DNA of 63,325 nt, counting the filler, from Collodictyon triciliatum (lineage: Eukaryota), in assembly GCA_043381765.1 (NCBI GenBank). It is 39 parts of 39 records of this genome, joined end to end, with 100 filler letters (N's around TTAATTAATTAA, not from the genome) between each part and the next. Parts side by side here need not be neighbours in the genome. Positions count along the whole stretch, not along the records: positions 24,451 to 25,978 come from JBHJMP010010845.1; positions 26,079 to 27,605 come from JBHJMP010010846.1; positions 27,706 to 29,232 come from JBHJMP010010847.1; positions 29,333 to 30,859 come from JBHJMP010010848.1; positions 30,960 to 32,485 come from JBHJMP010010849.1; positions 32,586 to 34,111 come from JBHJMP010010850.1; positions 34,212 to 35,737 come from JBHJMP010010851.1; positions 35,838 to 37,363 come from JBHJMP010010852.1; 31 more parts are not named here. One strand, given 5' to 3'. Positions within the stretch are counted from its first letter, which is position 1. Every line of letters begins with the position of its first letter. Positions 25,379-39,174 of this stretch are shown here, piece after piece. A program made the position numbers and the translations under genes. The notes beneath the pieces are model-generated. The model ran no database searches. It saw nothing but the letters and a program-made list of their open reading frames with translations, and was not told the DNA's origin.

Positions 25379-27705
25379 GATTTATGAATTGTGAAATATT
25401 TTCCACAATAGGATATTAACGTTGTGCAACCTCTTTCTATTTTTTTTTTTGTTTCTTCTGCTTCATCCTTCCTTGAAGGGCAGGAAAAACCTCATTTAAC
25501 CCCGAAGACAACAAAACATAAAGAAGGCCCAACAAGTGAATGGCAAAACTGTGTGGTATAGAACCTGAGTGAGAATACACTACGTCGTCTCTTATATTTT
25601 TTCATTAAAAAATAAACGCCTTGGTTCCGGAGTATTTTTTTTTTTAACCAAAGCTGGTCCTAGATCTCGCAGTAAACCCTCTCTTGCAGAAGCATGAAGA
25701 GCACCAACGTACCGTCTGCTACAAACAAGTACGGCAAAGCAGGAATAGCTGGCAGAACTGTCTCGAAAAGCTCCTCGTCAGCTGTCAGAGGCCGAACTGT
25801 TTTACCAGGAGACGGACTTGAGGCAGAGCGTGAAGAGATCAGGTGAGCGATCTCTTGGTACTATATCGCCTGAGTTCGATCGAAGTAGGCTTTCATCTTT
25901 GGCGGCTGGCTTTTTATTCGAACATACCTCTTCATTACATATATTTTTTTTTAGTTTTTATTTCATTTTTTACATGATNNNNNNNNNNNNNNNNNNNNNN
26001 NNNNNNNNNNNNNNNNNNNNNNTTAATTAATTAANNNNNNNNNNNNNNNNNNNNNNNNNNNNNNNNNNNNNNNNNNNNTCCTTGTCTATTTTTTCTTCCT
26101 GAAATTGCCATACTGATATGTCAGAGAAATGTTACTGTTGCTCATGAACTGCCGGTTGGCAAAGTCTAGAGAAGGTATGCAAATCTCAGACTCCCTTGGG
26201 CACTCCATCGAGGCAGGAATGGACTCCGCAAGAACCGGGTTTTCCTCGTACATGTTTTTTTTCAATCACTTCGGCGTTATTGGCAGCTTATAAAGCCAGT
26301 ATAGGTGTACGTGAATGAGGTGCTGGCAAGAAAGATATAGCCGTTCCTTTTTTTCGTTCATGATTGGTTGGAATTCGCAAACGCTGGTGAATCTTTGTGC
26401 TCTTTGTCTCTTCCTTCCTTTGGAGCTTGAAAAATATGGAGCTTCTGTCCTGTTCTCTGGACCGCTTTCCATGAGCATGCCTTATGTCTCGCCTTGTTTT
26501 GTTATCCTTGTCGATTTTATTTCCTGCTTATTAGTTGTTTCTGTTGGGTGAGAGACTTCATGATTTATCTGCGAGAATATTTTTAATAAACACACAAACC
26601 TAATAGTGCGCAAAAAGTCCGACCTTGGTAGTGAATTGTCGCTGGGTTGCTGTATCTTTATTGCGGGATGTTGTTCGCTGACTTGGTCGAACCAATATGA
26701 GTAGATTGAAATGGAGCTGATATTCCTTGAAAACTGTCCAAAATCACATAGCCTTTTTTTTTCTTCCTTTGCATTGATTGCATAGTATCTAAGTTCCAGA
26801 GCACAATATAGAGTACCTCTTGGAGTCAATTCTGTACTCCCACCAAATAAAAATCCGCAGATGCGAGCACAACCCACACAACCCACACACCTAGGAATGT
26901 GTCAAAGTAGGAACCGCAAGATATTTGATTGTTCTCGGCTTGCATTATGGGACATCAGACAGGGTTTTACGTTCCATCGTTTTCCTGGCAGAACTCGAAG
27001 CTCGTCGCGGTCGCTGCAAATTGCTGCAAAGCCCTCCAAAAACAAGAGGCTCTCGTGCTTCGAATAGGTATGAGTTCGCGTCCTTTGCCCGTTGTGGAAA
27101 TGGAGACCAAATATGGCATATTGGGAATATCACTCTTTTGTGTTTTATTTGTGGAATTTATTATAAAATAATGTATATGGCATAAAACATTCATTAATCT
27201 TCTAGCTGATAGTCCTAACCCAGTTCTCTTGCCAATCTGTCCATAATCAAGAAATCCTGAATGAGGTAATAATGAGATTTCAAAACAGTAATCACAAATT
27301 GTTGTTCTCGAGCCTCACTTTCACATATGAAAAGGTCGTTTCGGGATAAAACACAACACAGCAAAGGAGAAGCCAAACCCCTATTTTTTCAAACACACGC
27401 CAGGCCGATCGAGCCGCGATGTCAAGCGCTTCGGCCTTTGTGGCAATTCCCAATGTGAAGGAGACAAGGAATCATAGAGAAACAACTGGTCACTTCTTGT
27501 ATCCGTGAAGAAATTAAATACCAAATAAAATACCCAATAAAATACCCAATAAAATACCCAATAAAATACCCAATAAAATACCCAATAAAATACCCAATAA
27601 AATACNNNNNNNNNNNNNNNNNNNNNNNNNNNNNNNNNNNNNNNNNNNNTTAATTAATTAANNNNNNNNNNNNNNNNNNNNNNNNNNNNNNNNNNNNNNN
27701 NNNNN

Positions 27706-27736
<31 letters not shown>

Positions 27737-27923
27737 AAAAAAACAAAAAAACAAAAAACAAGGAAATAAATCGATGAAGTCGTTTACCAGAATCTGTGAG
27801 TTTTCGAGGGAAAGGCCCATCACTTTTCTGCATTTTTTTCTTTTATTCGATTCACAGTTTCTGCAGTAGAATTTAATTATGTTGAGCTCTAAGCCATACT
27901 GTTTAGTGCACGCAGAAAGAGTT

Positions 27924-29216
27924 ATGTCAAGAACCTCCACGGTGATTAGAAGCACTCGTTTGTTTGTTGGAGGCTGTTGGAAACCGTCTGGTCGCTCCAT
28001 TCCGTTGATATGCCCGACCACTGAGCAAGTTTTGACACACGTCAGTGATTCATATTCGCTTCGCGTTTTTGTTGATATTCACTCTTCTTTCTCATTCTAA
28101 TTCTAAAGATTCGGGCTGAATGATCATGTAAAAATATCGTCAATGTTTGCTTCAGACAAAAAAGAAATGCATGGGATAGTGTGCTGGGAGTTAGAAAGAT
28201 AACTGACATATGAATTATCGCCCATAATCATCATCGTCTGGATCAAAGGTTGATATTGGAGGTCCTCAAGATATTGATGAGGCAGTCAGAATAGCAAGGA
28301 AAACTTTTGATGTATGTTTCATATGCGTATTATAGAAGAATTATTAGTTCAATCTTTCGTAAATATGAGCATGTTAAATGGACCACTGCGTGAGACTTAA
28401 ACACGCAAAAGGATTCTATTTTTCCTTTGTTCCATTCAAAGACGCAAAAGAAGATCTTAATCTCATCAGATTTTGCTGGAGGTAGGACGAATGGGGACTT
28501 AATTTAGACTCTAGAAATCGCGCTAGCATCTTAAGAAAAATAGGCGATTTAATTCGACGTGATAATGTTTACCTAATATATATATAACCGATATGTAACA
28601 TAATCAATTAAATGTGCAATATTTCGATCTTTTAAAAACGACCTTACTTAATGTGCTTCTTTCACATCTTGAACAGGAAAGACTCGCGATTCTGGAGCAC
28701 AAGAATGTCGGAAAGCCCATGAATGAGGCCTTGTTTGATGTGAGCGAGTCGGCTTCATATTTCGACTATTATGCTGGGTTAGCAGAAAAAATTACAGAAA
28801 ACGAGGAGTTGGATATTCCTGATAGTAATTTCCGAACAAGAGTCGTATGCGAGCCTGTTGGGGTGGTATGAGAATATTGAAGGACAGTTTTGATATGCTG
28901 CTTAATGCTAATTGACCAATTTTTTTTTAAAAAAAAAGGTTGCTGCAATCACTCCTTGGAACTATCCGCTCTTAATGGTATTTAATTCTAGACTGTCTTT
29001 TATCAAATTAACACCGCAGCAGATATTCTTTGGATTTTTCATCTGATATCTATGTTTAAATTGCAAAAAAGGCTTCCCAAAAAGTCGCCGCTGCTGTTGC
29101 TGCGGGTTGTACAGTTGTATTAAAGCCATCTGAGATTACACCCTTAACAAGTTTGGAGCTCGGAGGTTTATGCAAAGAAGCGGGATTGCCTGACGGAGTC
29201 CTCAATGTTGTACCGG
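27924..29216 (+). CDS. Aldehyde dehydrogenase, betaine/aminoaldehyde type, 5' part (6 exons)
   Basis: [73 protein letters not shown]...[11 protein letters not shown]. Confidence 0.95.
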
Positions 29217-29461
29217 GTTATTGCCATTTCGTNNNNNNNNNNNNNNNNNNNNNNNNNNNNNNNNNNNNNNNNNNNNTTAATTAATTAANNNNNNNNNNNN
29301 NNNNNNNNNNNNNNNNNNNNNNNNNNNNNNNNTTTTTTTTTTTTTTTTTTTTTTTTCTTTTTTTTTTTTTTCTTTTTTCTTTTTTCTTTTTTCTTTTTTC
29401 TTTTTTCTTTTTTCTTTTTTTCTTCATTCACACATCTGATTATAAATGATATAATTCCAAG

Positions 29462-29851
29462 GATAATAATCGAGATTCAACTGGAGTCATCTCCAACGAA
29501 TTGCAAGGAAGTTGAGGGTGTCTTTAAAAGCGACCATGTCTATTGCATGGCTTCGGGAATAGTTGGGGACACTATGAAGCTGTTTCTGTACGGACAAGAG
29601 GTTTTTCTTTCTCATAAGCTTCCATGATCTGTGCTACAATCTCATTTTTCTTTGAACATGTAATCTCTTTTAATGATTGCTCTTACATCGTCCATCGCTA
29701 TTACTTCACACAGTCAAACGGGGCCTTCATGTTCGCCGAGTTTGTGATTAAAATGTCGCTCCGCAAAGCGACTGCGACAATCAAGGTGGACCAGCCGGAC
29801 GCACAGGATAGCTTTGTGGAATATATCGAAGCAGTGTCGATGAAGTTATAA
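29462..29851 (+). CDS. AP4B1: AP-4 complex beta subunit, C-terminal appendage (last 2 exons)
   Basis: HVYCMASG..MKLFLYGQE|SNGAFMFAEFVI...ATATIKVD...SMKL* resembles the AP4-beta platform (IHCIASGG..FKFFFFAQ...AQIKVKAD). Confidence 0.75.
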
Positions 29852-30134
29852 TCGTGCGCTACAACATAATTGTGACATCGTCGTTCTTTACCGTCAACTG
29901 GATTGGTGTCTGCCACCAAACCCCGTGAATACCATCCACACGGATATTAACAGAGAATACAGGCTAGATATCAAGAGCCCACGAACAAAGAGTGCATTTT
30001 TTTTTCTCAAATTAAAAAAATACGGAAATATTCTGAATAAAATCAAAACATTGAAACATTACTAAACTATGGCAAGTAATGGAGCACCTTCATTTTATCG
30101 ACTTTTATGAGCTGCACCCATTCGTTTGATTTCT

Positions 30135-30652
30135 TTATTGTTTTGGCTTTGGAATTTCGGCAAAGCCCACAAGGTCTAACTTCTCCGCAGGGTTTGGCGA
30201 CACAGAGAGCGCCATGCACTTAAATGTGGAGCCCATTTCAGATGCAGACGTGAGAATGTCGAACCCTCGCTGAAGGATTTTTGCCTGCTCGGGTGTGGCT
30301 ATCTGAAGGAGTATGTTCAATCGCACATCGATGCCGAGCTGAAGTAAGAAGTCTCGCTGTGGAGTCGGGCCTTGCACGTGAAGTTTGCTTGGGGCTCCAT
30401 CTGGGTCTTGGTTTGGCGGGTTGGTTATATATGTTGCAGTGACATGTGATTAGGCATGGAACCTTGTGACAAACAATCTATTCAAAAAAAAAAAAAAAAA
30501 AAGGGAGAGATAGACGAATGGGCCAGTCTGTAGAAAACAGTACTCTTCGCCCTTAGGGCTGTGCGTCGGATGGCGGAGAAGTCAACCATGGCTGTCAAAT
30601 CAGATTTCCCTGGCTCGTGGAAGAAGTCATATATCTTATGCTTCTGGAATGC
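30135..30652 (-). CDS. NDUFAF7: NDUFAF7/MidA arginine methyltransferase, 3' end, convergent with AP4B1
   Basis: AFQKHK...PGKSDLTAMVDFSAI; GPTPQRDFLLQLGIDVRL...EMGSTFKCMA. Confidence 0.93.
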
Positions 30653-30959
30653 CTGTGGATGCGATGTGGGTATAGTTGAGTTTTTGTTATTTGTGCTTGC
30701 GGTATGTGGGGGAAAGATGAGCAAGTATATTATTATTTTTCTTTTCTCCTTTTTTTTCTCCTTTTTTTTTCTCCTTTTTTTTTCTCCTTTTTTTTTCTCC
30801 TTTTTTTTTCTCCTTTTTTTTTCTCCTTTTTTTTTCTCCTTTTTTTTTTTTTTTTTTTTNNNNNNNNNNNNNNNNNNNNNNNNNNNNNNNNNNNNNNNNN
30901 NNNTTAATTAATTAANNNNNNNNNNNNNNNNNNNNNNNNNNNNNNNNNNNNNNNNNNNN

Positions 30960-31011
<52 letters not shown>

Positions 31012-31015
31012 GGAG

Positions 31016-31054
<39 letters not shown>

Positions 31055-31478
31055 GGAGAGGAAAAGAAGAGATTCAAAAAAATATAAAAAAGAAAAGAAA
31101 AGACGGACAAGCGAGATGATTTAAAGAATAAAGAAATTTAAATGAGAATTGAAAATCTTGTGTAAATTCCTTTTCTCTCATGTACTATAGGAGGTATTAT
31201 TTACTTTTTCACTGCAAAAAAGAAAAGAAAAAGAAAAGAAAAGAAAAGAAAAGAAAAGAAAAGAAAAGAAAAGAAAAGAAAAGAAAAGAAAAGAAAAAGA
31301 AAAAGAAAAAAGAAAAAGAAAAGAAAAAGAAGATACTGAAAAGAAGACTAATAATCTTGCATAATTGTATACAACTCAACAAGCATCCATAGCGCTCATA
31401 CTAGAAAAATCCAATTCATGCTGGATAAAAGGTCATTTTCATAGGCCGGTTGGCAAATCTCTCATCTTCTGTTTTTTT

Positions 31479-31542
<64 letters not shown>

Positions 31543-31595
31543 TTTTTTCTCTTTGAGTTTTCTTTATTTTCCATTTAATAATATTACTCGAAAAG

Positions 31596-32059
31596 TCAAA
31601 GCATGCCATAGCACTGTGAGGCCGGGTATTTTTCTCTCAGCCGAGCCCATTGGACAACGAACTGGTCAGCAAAGTAATACAGTATTTTGCCGCTAAGCGA
31701 TAAGTGCTGCACACGGGCAACACTTTCAACGTAGATGATACCGACGCGTCTCAACCCGAGAAACTTTGTAGTGAGATGAGGTTTAGATAAAGTGAATTGT
31801 TTCATTCATTCATTCTTGTTAAATTGTCATTCAAAATACGTGTGGCAAATACACCTAATAAAAGGGAAAGGTTTCAGAACCATAGGTTTCTACATGCAAT
31901 AAGCTGTGATGGAAAAGAATGTACCCGCATAAAGTAGCCAACTATACACACAGGAATACATGTTCCTGGCCCATTGCAGACAATCTTTATTTCAACCGAT
32001 GAAAGGAAGAAGTTTATCAGCTCGATTGACCCCAACATGAACTTACAGTGTCATAAAAT

Positions 32060-32097
<38 letters not shown>

Positions 32098-32294
32098 AAA
32101 AGGAATAGGCATATTTTTTTCTACATTAAATTGTGTTGAAAACTTTTCTTTTTTCTTTTTACATAATCTGGCTGAATACTGAACATCATAGGTACACATG
32201 CATAGAGTGACTTTAGAGTGGAGAAGAAGGATGAAATCCACGACTGGCCAACTTCACGGCTCCTTGGGATGACATGGATGTGGGATGGGCAGGT
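31596..32294 (-). CDS. ALG14: UDP-GlcNAc transferase subunit ALG14, last 3 exons
   Basis: IPRSREVGQSW...QPDY|IVCNGPGTCIPVC|..IIYVESVARVQHLSLSGKILY..FVVQW. Confidence 0.96.
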
Positions 32295-32585
32295 CTGTCA
32301 TTGACATACAACCATCAATCAAAGTGGATAAAACATATGGTTATGTAACCCTTGAGTCAAGAATATAATTGGACTCTGTGATGATAAGGCAATAAAAAGG
32401 CAATAAAAAGGCAATAAAAAGGCAATAAAAAGGCAATAAAAAGGCAATAAAAAGGCAATAAAAAGGCAATAAAAAGGCAATAAAANNNNNNNNNNNNNNN
32501 NNNNNNNNNNNNNNNNNNNNNNNNNNNNNTTAATTAATTAANNNNNNNNNNNNNNNNNNNNNNNNNNNNNNNNNNNNNNNNNNNN

Positions 32586-32653
<68 letters not shown>

Positions 32654-34211
32654 CAAAGAAAACCCCTCAGGAAATAATAGGACTTTAACAACAACAATAA
32701 AGAAAAAAAAACATTCTTGTAACTTAGAGTGGCCAAATATAATCATTATAACAAGAAATAAAAGAAGCACTCCCACAAAAAACCTTCAGGTTGCACACAC
32801 TAGGCTCAATGATCGAATAAGAATACAATAATCTGGTAGAAAAGTCAGTTAAAGCAGATGGAAGTCCACGCAACAATCGTTTCACAAAATAGGAGACAAG
32901 GATTTTTTTCTATAAGACAGACCTATCAACTTCGACTTTTTTTTTCCTCCCCTCCTCTCTAGGCAAAGCTATACCGACGGAAGAGTAGCTAGAAGATGGC
33001 ACACATCTCAGTCCCTTTGCTTGATAATACCAAAGAGCTATTCAATGAATATGTCTGCAAGAAAATATACAGTCGTTTTGGATGTTTGGTTAGCTTTGCA
33101 TATATTATTTTTATATATTGACATGATTCATTTTAATTGATGCTATTTTCCTTCTTGCCCCCTTCTCCTCCTCCTCTTTTCGTTCCCTTACTATCACGGT
33201 ATACATTATATTCACCTACTATACAGCAAACGTTGCACTTTGATCTATTTAGTTTACTGACCACGCTTTACATTTTACTTCATCTTTCCTTACGGGTTGG
33301 AACCATATTCGATATCTATTTTTTTTTAAAAAGAAAACATCATAAAAGTAAAATCCTTTAAAACCATTTCGAAGCATTTGGTGACTATTTCCAGTATTAA
33401 CTGTATATGGACCTCTTAGATACAAGTAGGTATGAATGAAGTGACCTTGGTCTCGAAGGACTTCCGACTCAACTCTTCCAATAACGTCTTGAATTATGTC
33501 AGAAAAATAATCAAACCAGCCAACGTAGGCCTTAAACTTACAATATCTAATTTGAAATATCATAATGACTCTATTAATGCATAATAAATATATAAATAGC
33601 AAATAAACCAAGTAATAAAGACAAGGCACTCAAAGAATTTTGTTCAACAGTATTACAGACATATATAGTCAGTCTTTTCTATCATTATAGACTAGGATTC
33701 TTTGCTCCGCTGAGTTATATAGCAGCTATATTGAGGAGTCATTCATCGAAATGGAAAGAGAACATAGTAAGTCTCATTTGTCTCTGGTCTTATCGTGATC
33801 AATTTTACAATCGCTTTTATCCAAACTTAAGCACCAAACAAAACACCCTTTTGATTTTTCTGACTTATTCTTTAATGACTTTGAAAATTACGTTATCGTC
33901 TGCCCTCTTAATCCCAACCCCAAATAATAATAATAATAATAATAATAACAACAATAATAATAACAATAATAATAACAATAATAATAACAATAATAATAAC
34001 AATAACAATAATAACAATAACAATAACAATAATAACAATAATAATAACAATAATAATAACAATAATAATAACAATAATAATAACAATAATAATAACAATA
34101 ATAATAACAATNNNNNNNNNNNNNNNNNNNNNNNNNNNNNNNNNNNNNNNNNNNNTTAATTAATTAANNNNNNNNNNNNNNNNNNNNNNNNNNNNNNNNN
34201 NNNNNNNNNNN

Positions 34212-34839
34212 TTACCAACTGCCTGTCTTCCGCAATTTCTTGCAAATATTTTCTCCTGGCCTCTGCTTCCTTTACGGTTTCGTCGGCATCATCGATCTTC
34301 TCATGCATTTCTTTCATCTCTTTTCGATGGTCGTTCGTAATTTCCGTAATTTCTTGTCTAGAATTTTTTCATTTATTTTAAAAAAATATTAAATTTTCAT
34401 TACCACACATACTTCAGATGTGATTTTTTTGGTTTATGTTGATAACATCATTTTTTTTTATTAGTATGAAATATTTACATGAACATGATTTTCTGAGATT
34501 CCAGTTTATCCTGTAATGTTTTCTCCCATTTGAGCCTCTCATTGTACTCAGCTTCCTTTCTTGCGTACTCTCGGTTTCTCGATAGCTCTGCCTTTTGGGA
34601 CTCTATTTTCCTCAACAAATCTGCTATCATCTAATAATGGGAAAGTTTGGAAATTGTAATAATTTCCTATTACACACATAGTATAGATCAACTATATATA
34701 AAAAATTGAAGCCACACACCTCTTTCTCTACTTCACTGGCATTTGTCGCTTGTAGTTTTATAAGGCGTTGATTTTCATTTTCCATACATTCTACTTCCCC
34801 CTCTAATCTTTTCACTTCAATTCTTAGACGAGCAATTTC

Positions 34840-34924
<85 letters not shown>

Positions 34925-35614
34925 CTTTTTTTTTCTTTTTTTTTTTTTTTTTTAGTTTTTTTTTTTTAGAAATATGACAGGCTATATTTTTTTCCAAAAA
35001 GGTTTGGGAACAAACTTGGATAATGTTAAAATATTGATAATGAAGTACGAGAAGTTCCGTATATCAATTTATTAGAGAAGACCAAGTAAATATTCACCTG
35101 TTGAAATCTGTTCATTTGTTTCAAATTAATTTCCGAGTTTTTATTTGCATGTTCAGCTAGCTTGTTTGATAATTGTGCTATCCTGATTCCAATGCTGTCT
35201 AATCCATCAAAAGAATCAGGCGCAACGTTTTCAATTTTGCCATATTTAGCCTGAATCGCTTTAGGGTCAAAGAAGCGTCCCCAGTCTTCCACGCTATAAA
35301 CTTCGCCTTGTTTCTGTTTTTGATAAAGCTGTTCGCGAAGGATTGAAAGTTCCTAGGAACACAGAAAATAACATATTTATACAAAAATGAAATGGTAAGA
35401 TGATTTCAATCTCCTTGAAAAAAATCTTCCTCGGAGATTACATCATATATTTTCTTCTGGAAATATCAAGGAATACTAAAGAAAAGAGGCTCCATAAATT
35501 TAATACCTTGTAAAATGTTGCTCGTTGTTCGTCTAACATCTGATTTCTTCGAATTAAGTGACCTTTCAGAATCTCCATCTGCAGCTCATGTTTCTTCATC
35601 CTTTCCATCATTTC
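34212..35614 (-). CDS. Coiled-coil protein, internal exons, unknown family
   Basis: Phase-consistent E/K/Q-rich exons (RATFYK|ELSILREQLYQK...; FQQ|DEIARLRIEVKRLE...). Confidence 0.65.
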
Positions 35615-35915
35615 CTAAATTGAATACATAATTCATTTTAATTATATGAGAATAATTTGAGCCCCTTATGTATTATAGTTTGGAACAAAAATTCAAAATC
35701 CTGTAGAAAAAAGAGAAAAGAGAAAAGAGAAAAGAGANNNNNNNNNNNNNNNNNNNNNNNNNNNNNNNNNNNNNNNNNNNNTTAATTAATTAANNNNNNN
35801 NNNNNNNNNNNNNNNNNNNNNNNNNNNNNNNNNNNNNTTCTTTTCTTCTTTTTTCTTTTTCTTTTCTTTTTCTTCTTTTCTTCTTTTCTTTTTCTTTTCT
35901 TTTTTTTTTTCTTTT

Positions 35916-35949
<34 letters not shown>

Positions 35950-36222
35950 CTTTTTTACTTTTTTACTCTTTTACTTTTTTACTCTTTTACTTTTTTACTT
36001 TTTTACTCTTTTACTCTTTTACTCTTTTACTCTTTTTCTCTTTTTCTCTTTTTCTCTTTTTTCTTTTTTTCTTTTCTTTTCTTTTACCCTTTTTACTTAA
36101 ATTCTTAAATTCTTCTTTATTTCAATTATTTTCCTATTCTTCTTGCCTTCATATCATATAATTCGTATCAAATTGAGATATTGAAATCATGTTTTGTGTA
36201 TCAATGCTCCTCGGCTAATCAG

Positions 36223-37032
36223 GCAACGCAACAGAATACTACGGACACTCGCAACGGTGGAGCGGCCCGCATCATCCGCCACATCACGCAGCGCACTACC
36301 AACGACCCCACCAACAGATGCCGTACCAACAACAAAGCTATTCGGGTCAACGGGGTCGTGGAGGCTTCAATCAGCCGCAGCGCTTCCAAGGAGCATCGAA
36401 TGAACACGTTTACTCTTATTATTGCCTATTCTTTTTTCCTAAACCTCGAACATAAATGCCGGCGAACCCTTTCTTTATTTTATTTAAATGGCTACTTTAA
36501 TTCTAATAACAAATTTGCTTCATTTCTCTATTATCTTATTTCTCTTCATTTCTCTTCATTTCTCTTCATTTCTCTTCATTTCTCTTCATTTCTCTTCATT
36601 TCTCTTCATTTCTCTTCATTTCTCTTCATTTCTCTTCATTTCTCTCCATTTCTCTCCATTTCTCTCCATTTCTCTCCATTTCTCTCCATTTCTCTCCTAT
36701 TTTTTTCCAATGCCGACTTACCCTGCGAATAATAGCCATTTTTCAAGAAGAGCTTCTGCGTCGACCCATGGCTCGACTTGCTGACACCCGATGAGATTCA
36801 TTCTGCGAGTGCGCCTTATCACAGCATACAAAGTGAGTCGGTAAATGCTGCTGAGAAGCGTGCCGAGAATCATGATTCGTTCAGCGGCGACAAAGAATCC
36901 GACCAAAATCCAGACCAAAGCGACGATTCTGACCTTCTTCCGGCATTTATGATGCGTCCAAGGAATGCTGTGGAGAAGCCTGTAAATCCTGATGATTTTA
37001 TCCCCTTATCATTTGCATCTAATGACGAATAG
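36223..37032 (+). CDS. MPLKIP/TTDN1-like low-complexity protein, last 2 exons
   Basis: H/Q/P/RGG-rich exon spliced to PFFKKSFCVDPWLDL, resembling the F/Y-x-x-S-M-LEDPW motif. Confidence 0.55.
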
Positions 37033-37057
37033 CGTTAGAAAAAGCGCGGCAACACCC

Positions 37058-37123
<66 letters not shown>

Positions 37124-37466
37124 AGGCGAGGTTTTCCCCCTTTTCTTTTCTTTAAAGGATTCGCGCTACTCAATAATAATAATAATAATAAACGGTTTGA
37201 AAGAGTCCACAAAGAGCCCTAAATTCTGAATAGTTTGTGTCGCCCGTATACATACATATAATCATTTCTTCCACTGTATTTCCTTCCTTCTTTCCTTTTT
37301 TTTTTTTTTTTTTTATTTTTTTTTTTTTTTTCCATTTAGTTTTTTGGTTTTTTTTTTTTTTTTNNNNNNNNNNNNNNNNNNNNNNNNNNNNNNNNNNNNN
37401 NNNNNNNTTAATTAATTAANNNNNNNNNNNNNNNNNNNNNNNNNNNNNNNNNNNNNNNNNNNNTAT

Positions 37467-37561
<95 letters not shown>

Positions 37562-37684
37562 TAAGGACTGAATGAGAGTACTACAATCAGTAGCTTACTA
37601 TGGATTATTTTCTTTCTGTCGTCCAAAAAAAAAAAAAAAAACAGGTAGATACCGTGTGCTTGTATTCTTACCGGAGAATATACA

Positions 37685-38229
37685 ATGGTGCGAGTCGGTC
37701 CCCGAGTTGTTTTCATTTCTCTAGTTATAGCTGTGCTCCTGGCTCCTTTTTCATGTGTGTTGTATCAGAAGCTTCTGGCAAACATTTTCTCGTCCTGGGA
37801 GGCTGAATCATGTGAGGACCAGTTCTTCTTGCCAGAGATGGACAACCCCCTAGAGACCGAAGTTTCCTTCGCTCGCGTAACCATTTTTTCCCCATTCTCA
37901 TAATAAATCGTATCAGAAAAAGGAGGAAATAATGTAAGAAAATAAAGCCGTGGTTCCTCGTAAGACAATTTATTTCGTACTGGCCTCATAAGTATTTTCC
38001 TTGTGGATTTTTTCTCCGATTTTTAACTAGGGAGATATGCAGCAACAAGGCGATCTGGTTTCGTTTACCAAGTTCGACCATGAACCAGTGAAAAGCAATG
38101 GTATCCTCCACTTTAACAGACTCCCTTTTCGAAAAAGAGGATTTACTGTAAAGCAATCAAGTAGTTATGATAAGAGTGCGGCAGATAGGGTCGATTTTCT
38201 AACTCCCATGATGTATCAAGTTACAACTA

Positions 38230-38290
<61 letters not shown>

Positions 38291-38814
38291 ACCTCATGAA
38301 ACCAATTTATTTCTACACAGGATTTCAATAATTTCATTACCATAAAAGAAGATAATTTTCGAGTCTTTGAGGACTATGGGCCAGGATGCATTCAAAGGAT
38401 GTATTTGGAGGTTCCTGTTAGGACGGACATGGAAGAAGTAGCTATGTGGTACTTTATTGTCGAGGTTTTTTTCTATTTTCCATTTTTATCTTCCCAACTT
38501 ATTTCTCTTTTTATCTTATCTTCCTTCTCCTTTCTTTTCTTTCCCTTTGCTAATTTCTTCTCTCCTCTTTTTTGTTTTCAATCTCAATCCCATTTTTCTT
38601 ATATGTACTTTGAAATATTTTAACGATAAGTTTATTCAAGGTCGATGGTGAAATAGTGATGAATCGAACCATTCGCCAAATGATTGCGGGAGTGCATTAC
38701 CCGTATGTCATGCCTCTGGCAGGATTAAACCACTTTGTACATGGAGGTTTTAATTATGTTCCCATCTTTTATAAAAAGAGTTGTATTATCACTCTGAACT
38801 CTAGAGGAAAAAAG
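37685..38814 (+). CDS. DUF2961 (GH172-related) protein with an N-terminal signal anchor, 5' part (4 exons)
   Basis: RLP...QSSSYDK, FEDYGPGCIQRMY, VE|VDGE, PYVMPLAG, GGFNYVPIFYKKSCIIT. Confidence 0.75.
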
Positions 38815-38905
38815 GTAATATTTGAGCATATGAATATCGTATAAATCTAAATATCCATTTAAAATACGTCAACTGAACCTTAGAGTTGACTAACTTCATT
38901 ACCAT

Positions 38906-38989
<84 letters not shown>

Positions 38990-39089
38990 NNNNNNNNNNN
39001 NNNNNNNNNNNNNNNNNNNNNNNNNNNNNNNNNTTAATTAATTAANNNNNNNNNNNNNNNNNNNNNNNNNNNNNNNNNNNNNNNNNNNN

Positions 39090-39174
<85 letters not shown>

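Noticed and set aside
27399..27447. GC-rich hairpin (GGCCGA...TCGGCC) as a possible ncRNA
   Set aside because: Short stem, no family features, and it overlaps a plausible first exon
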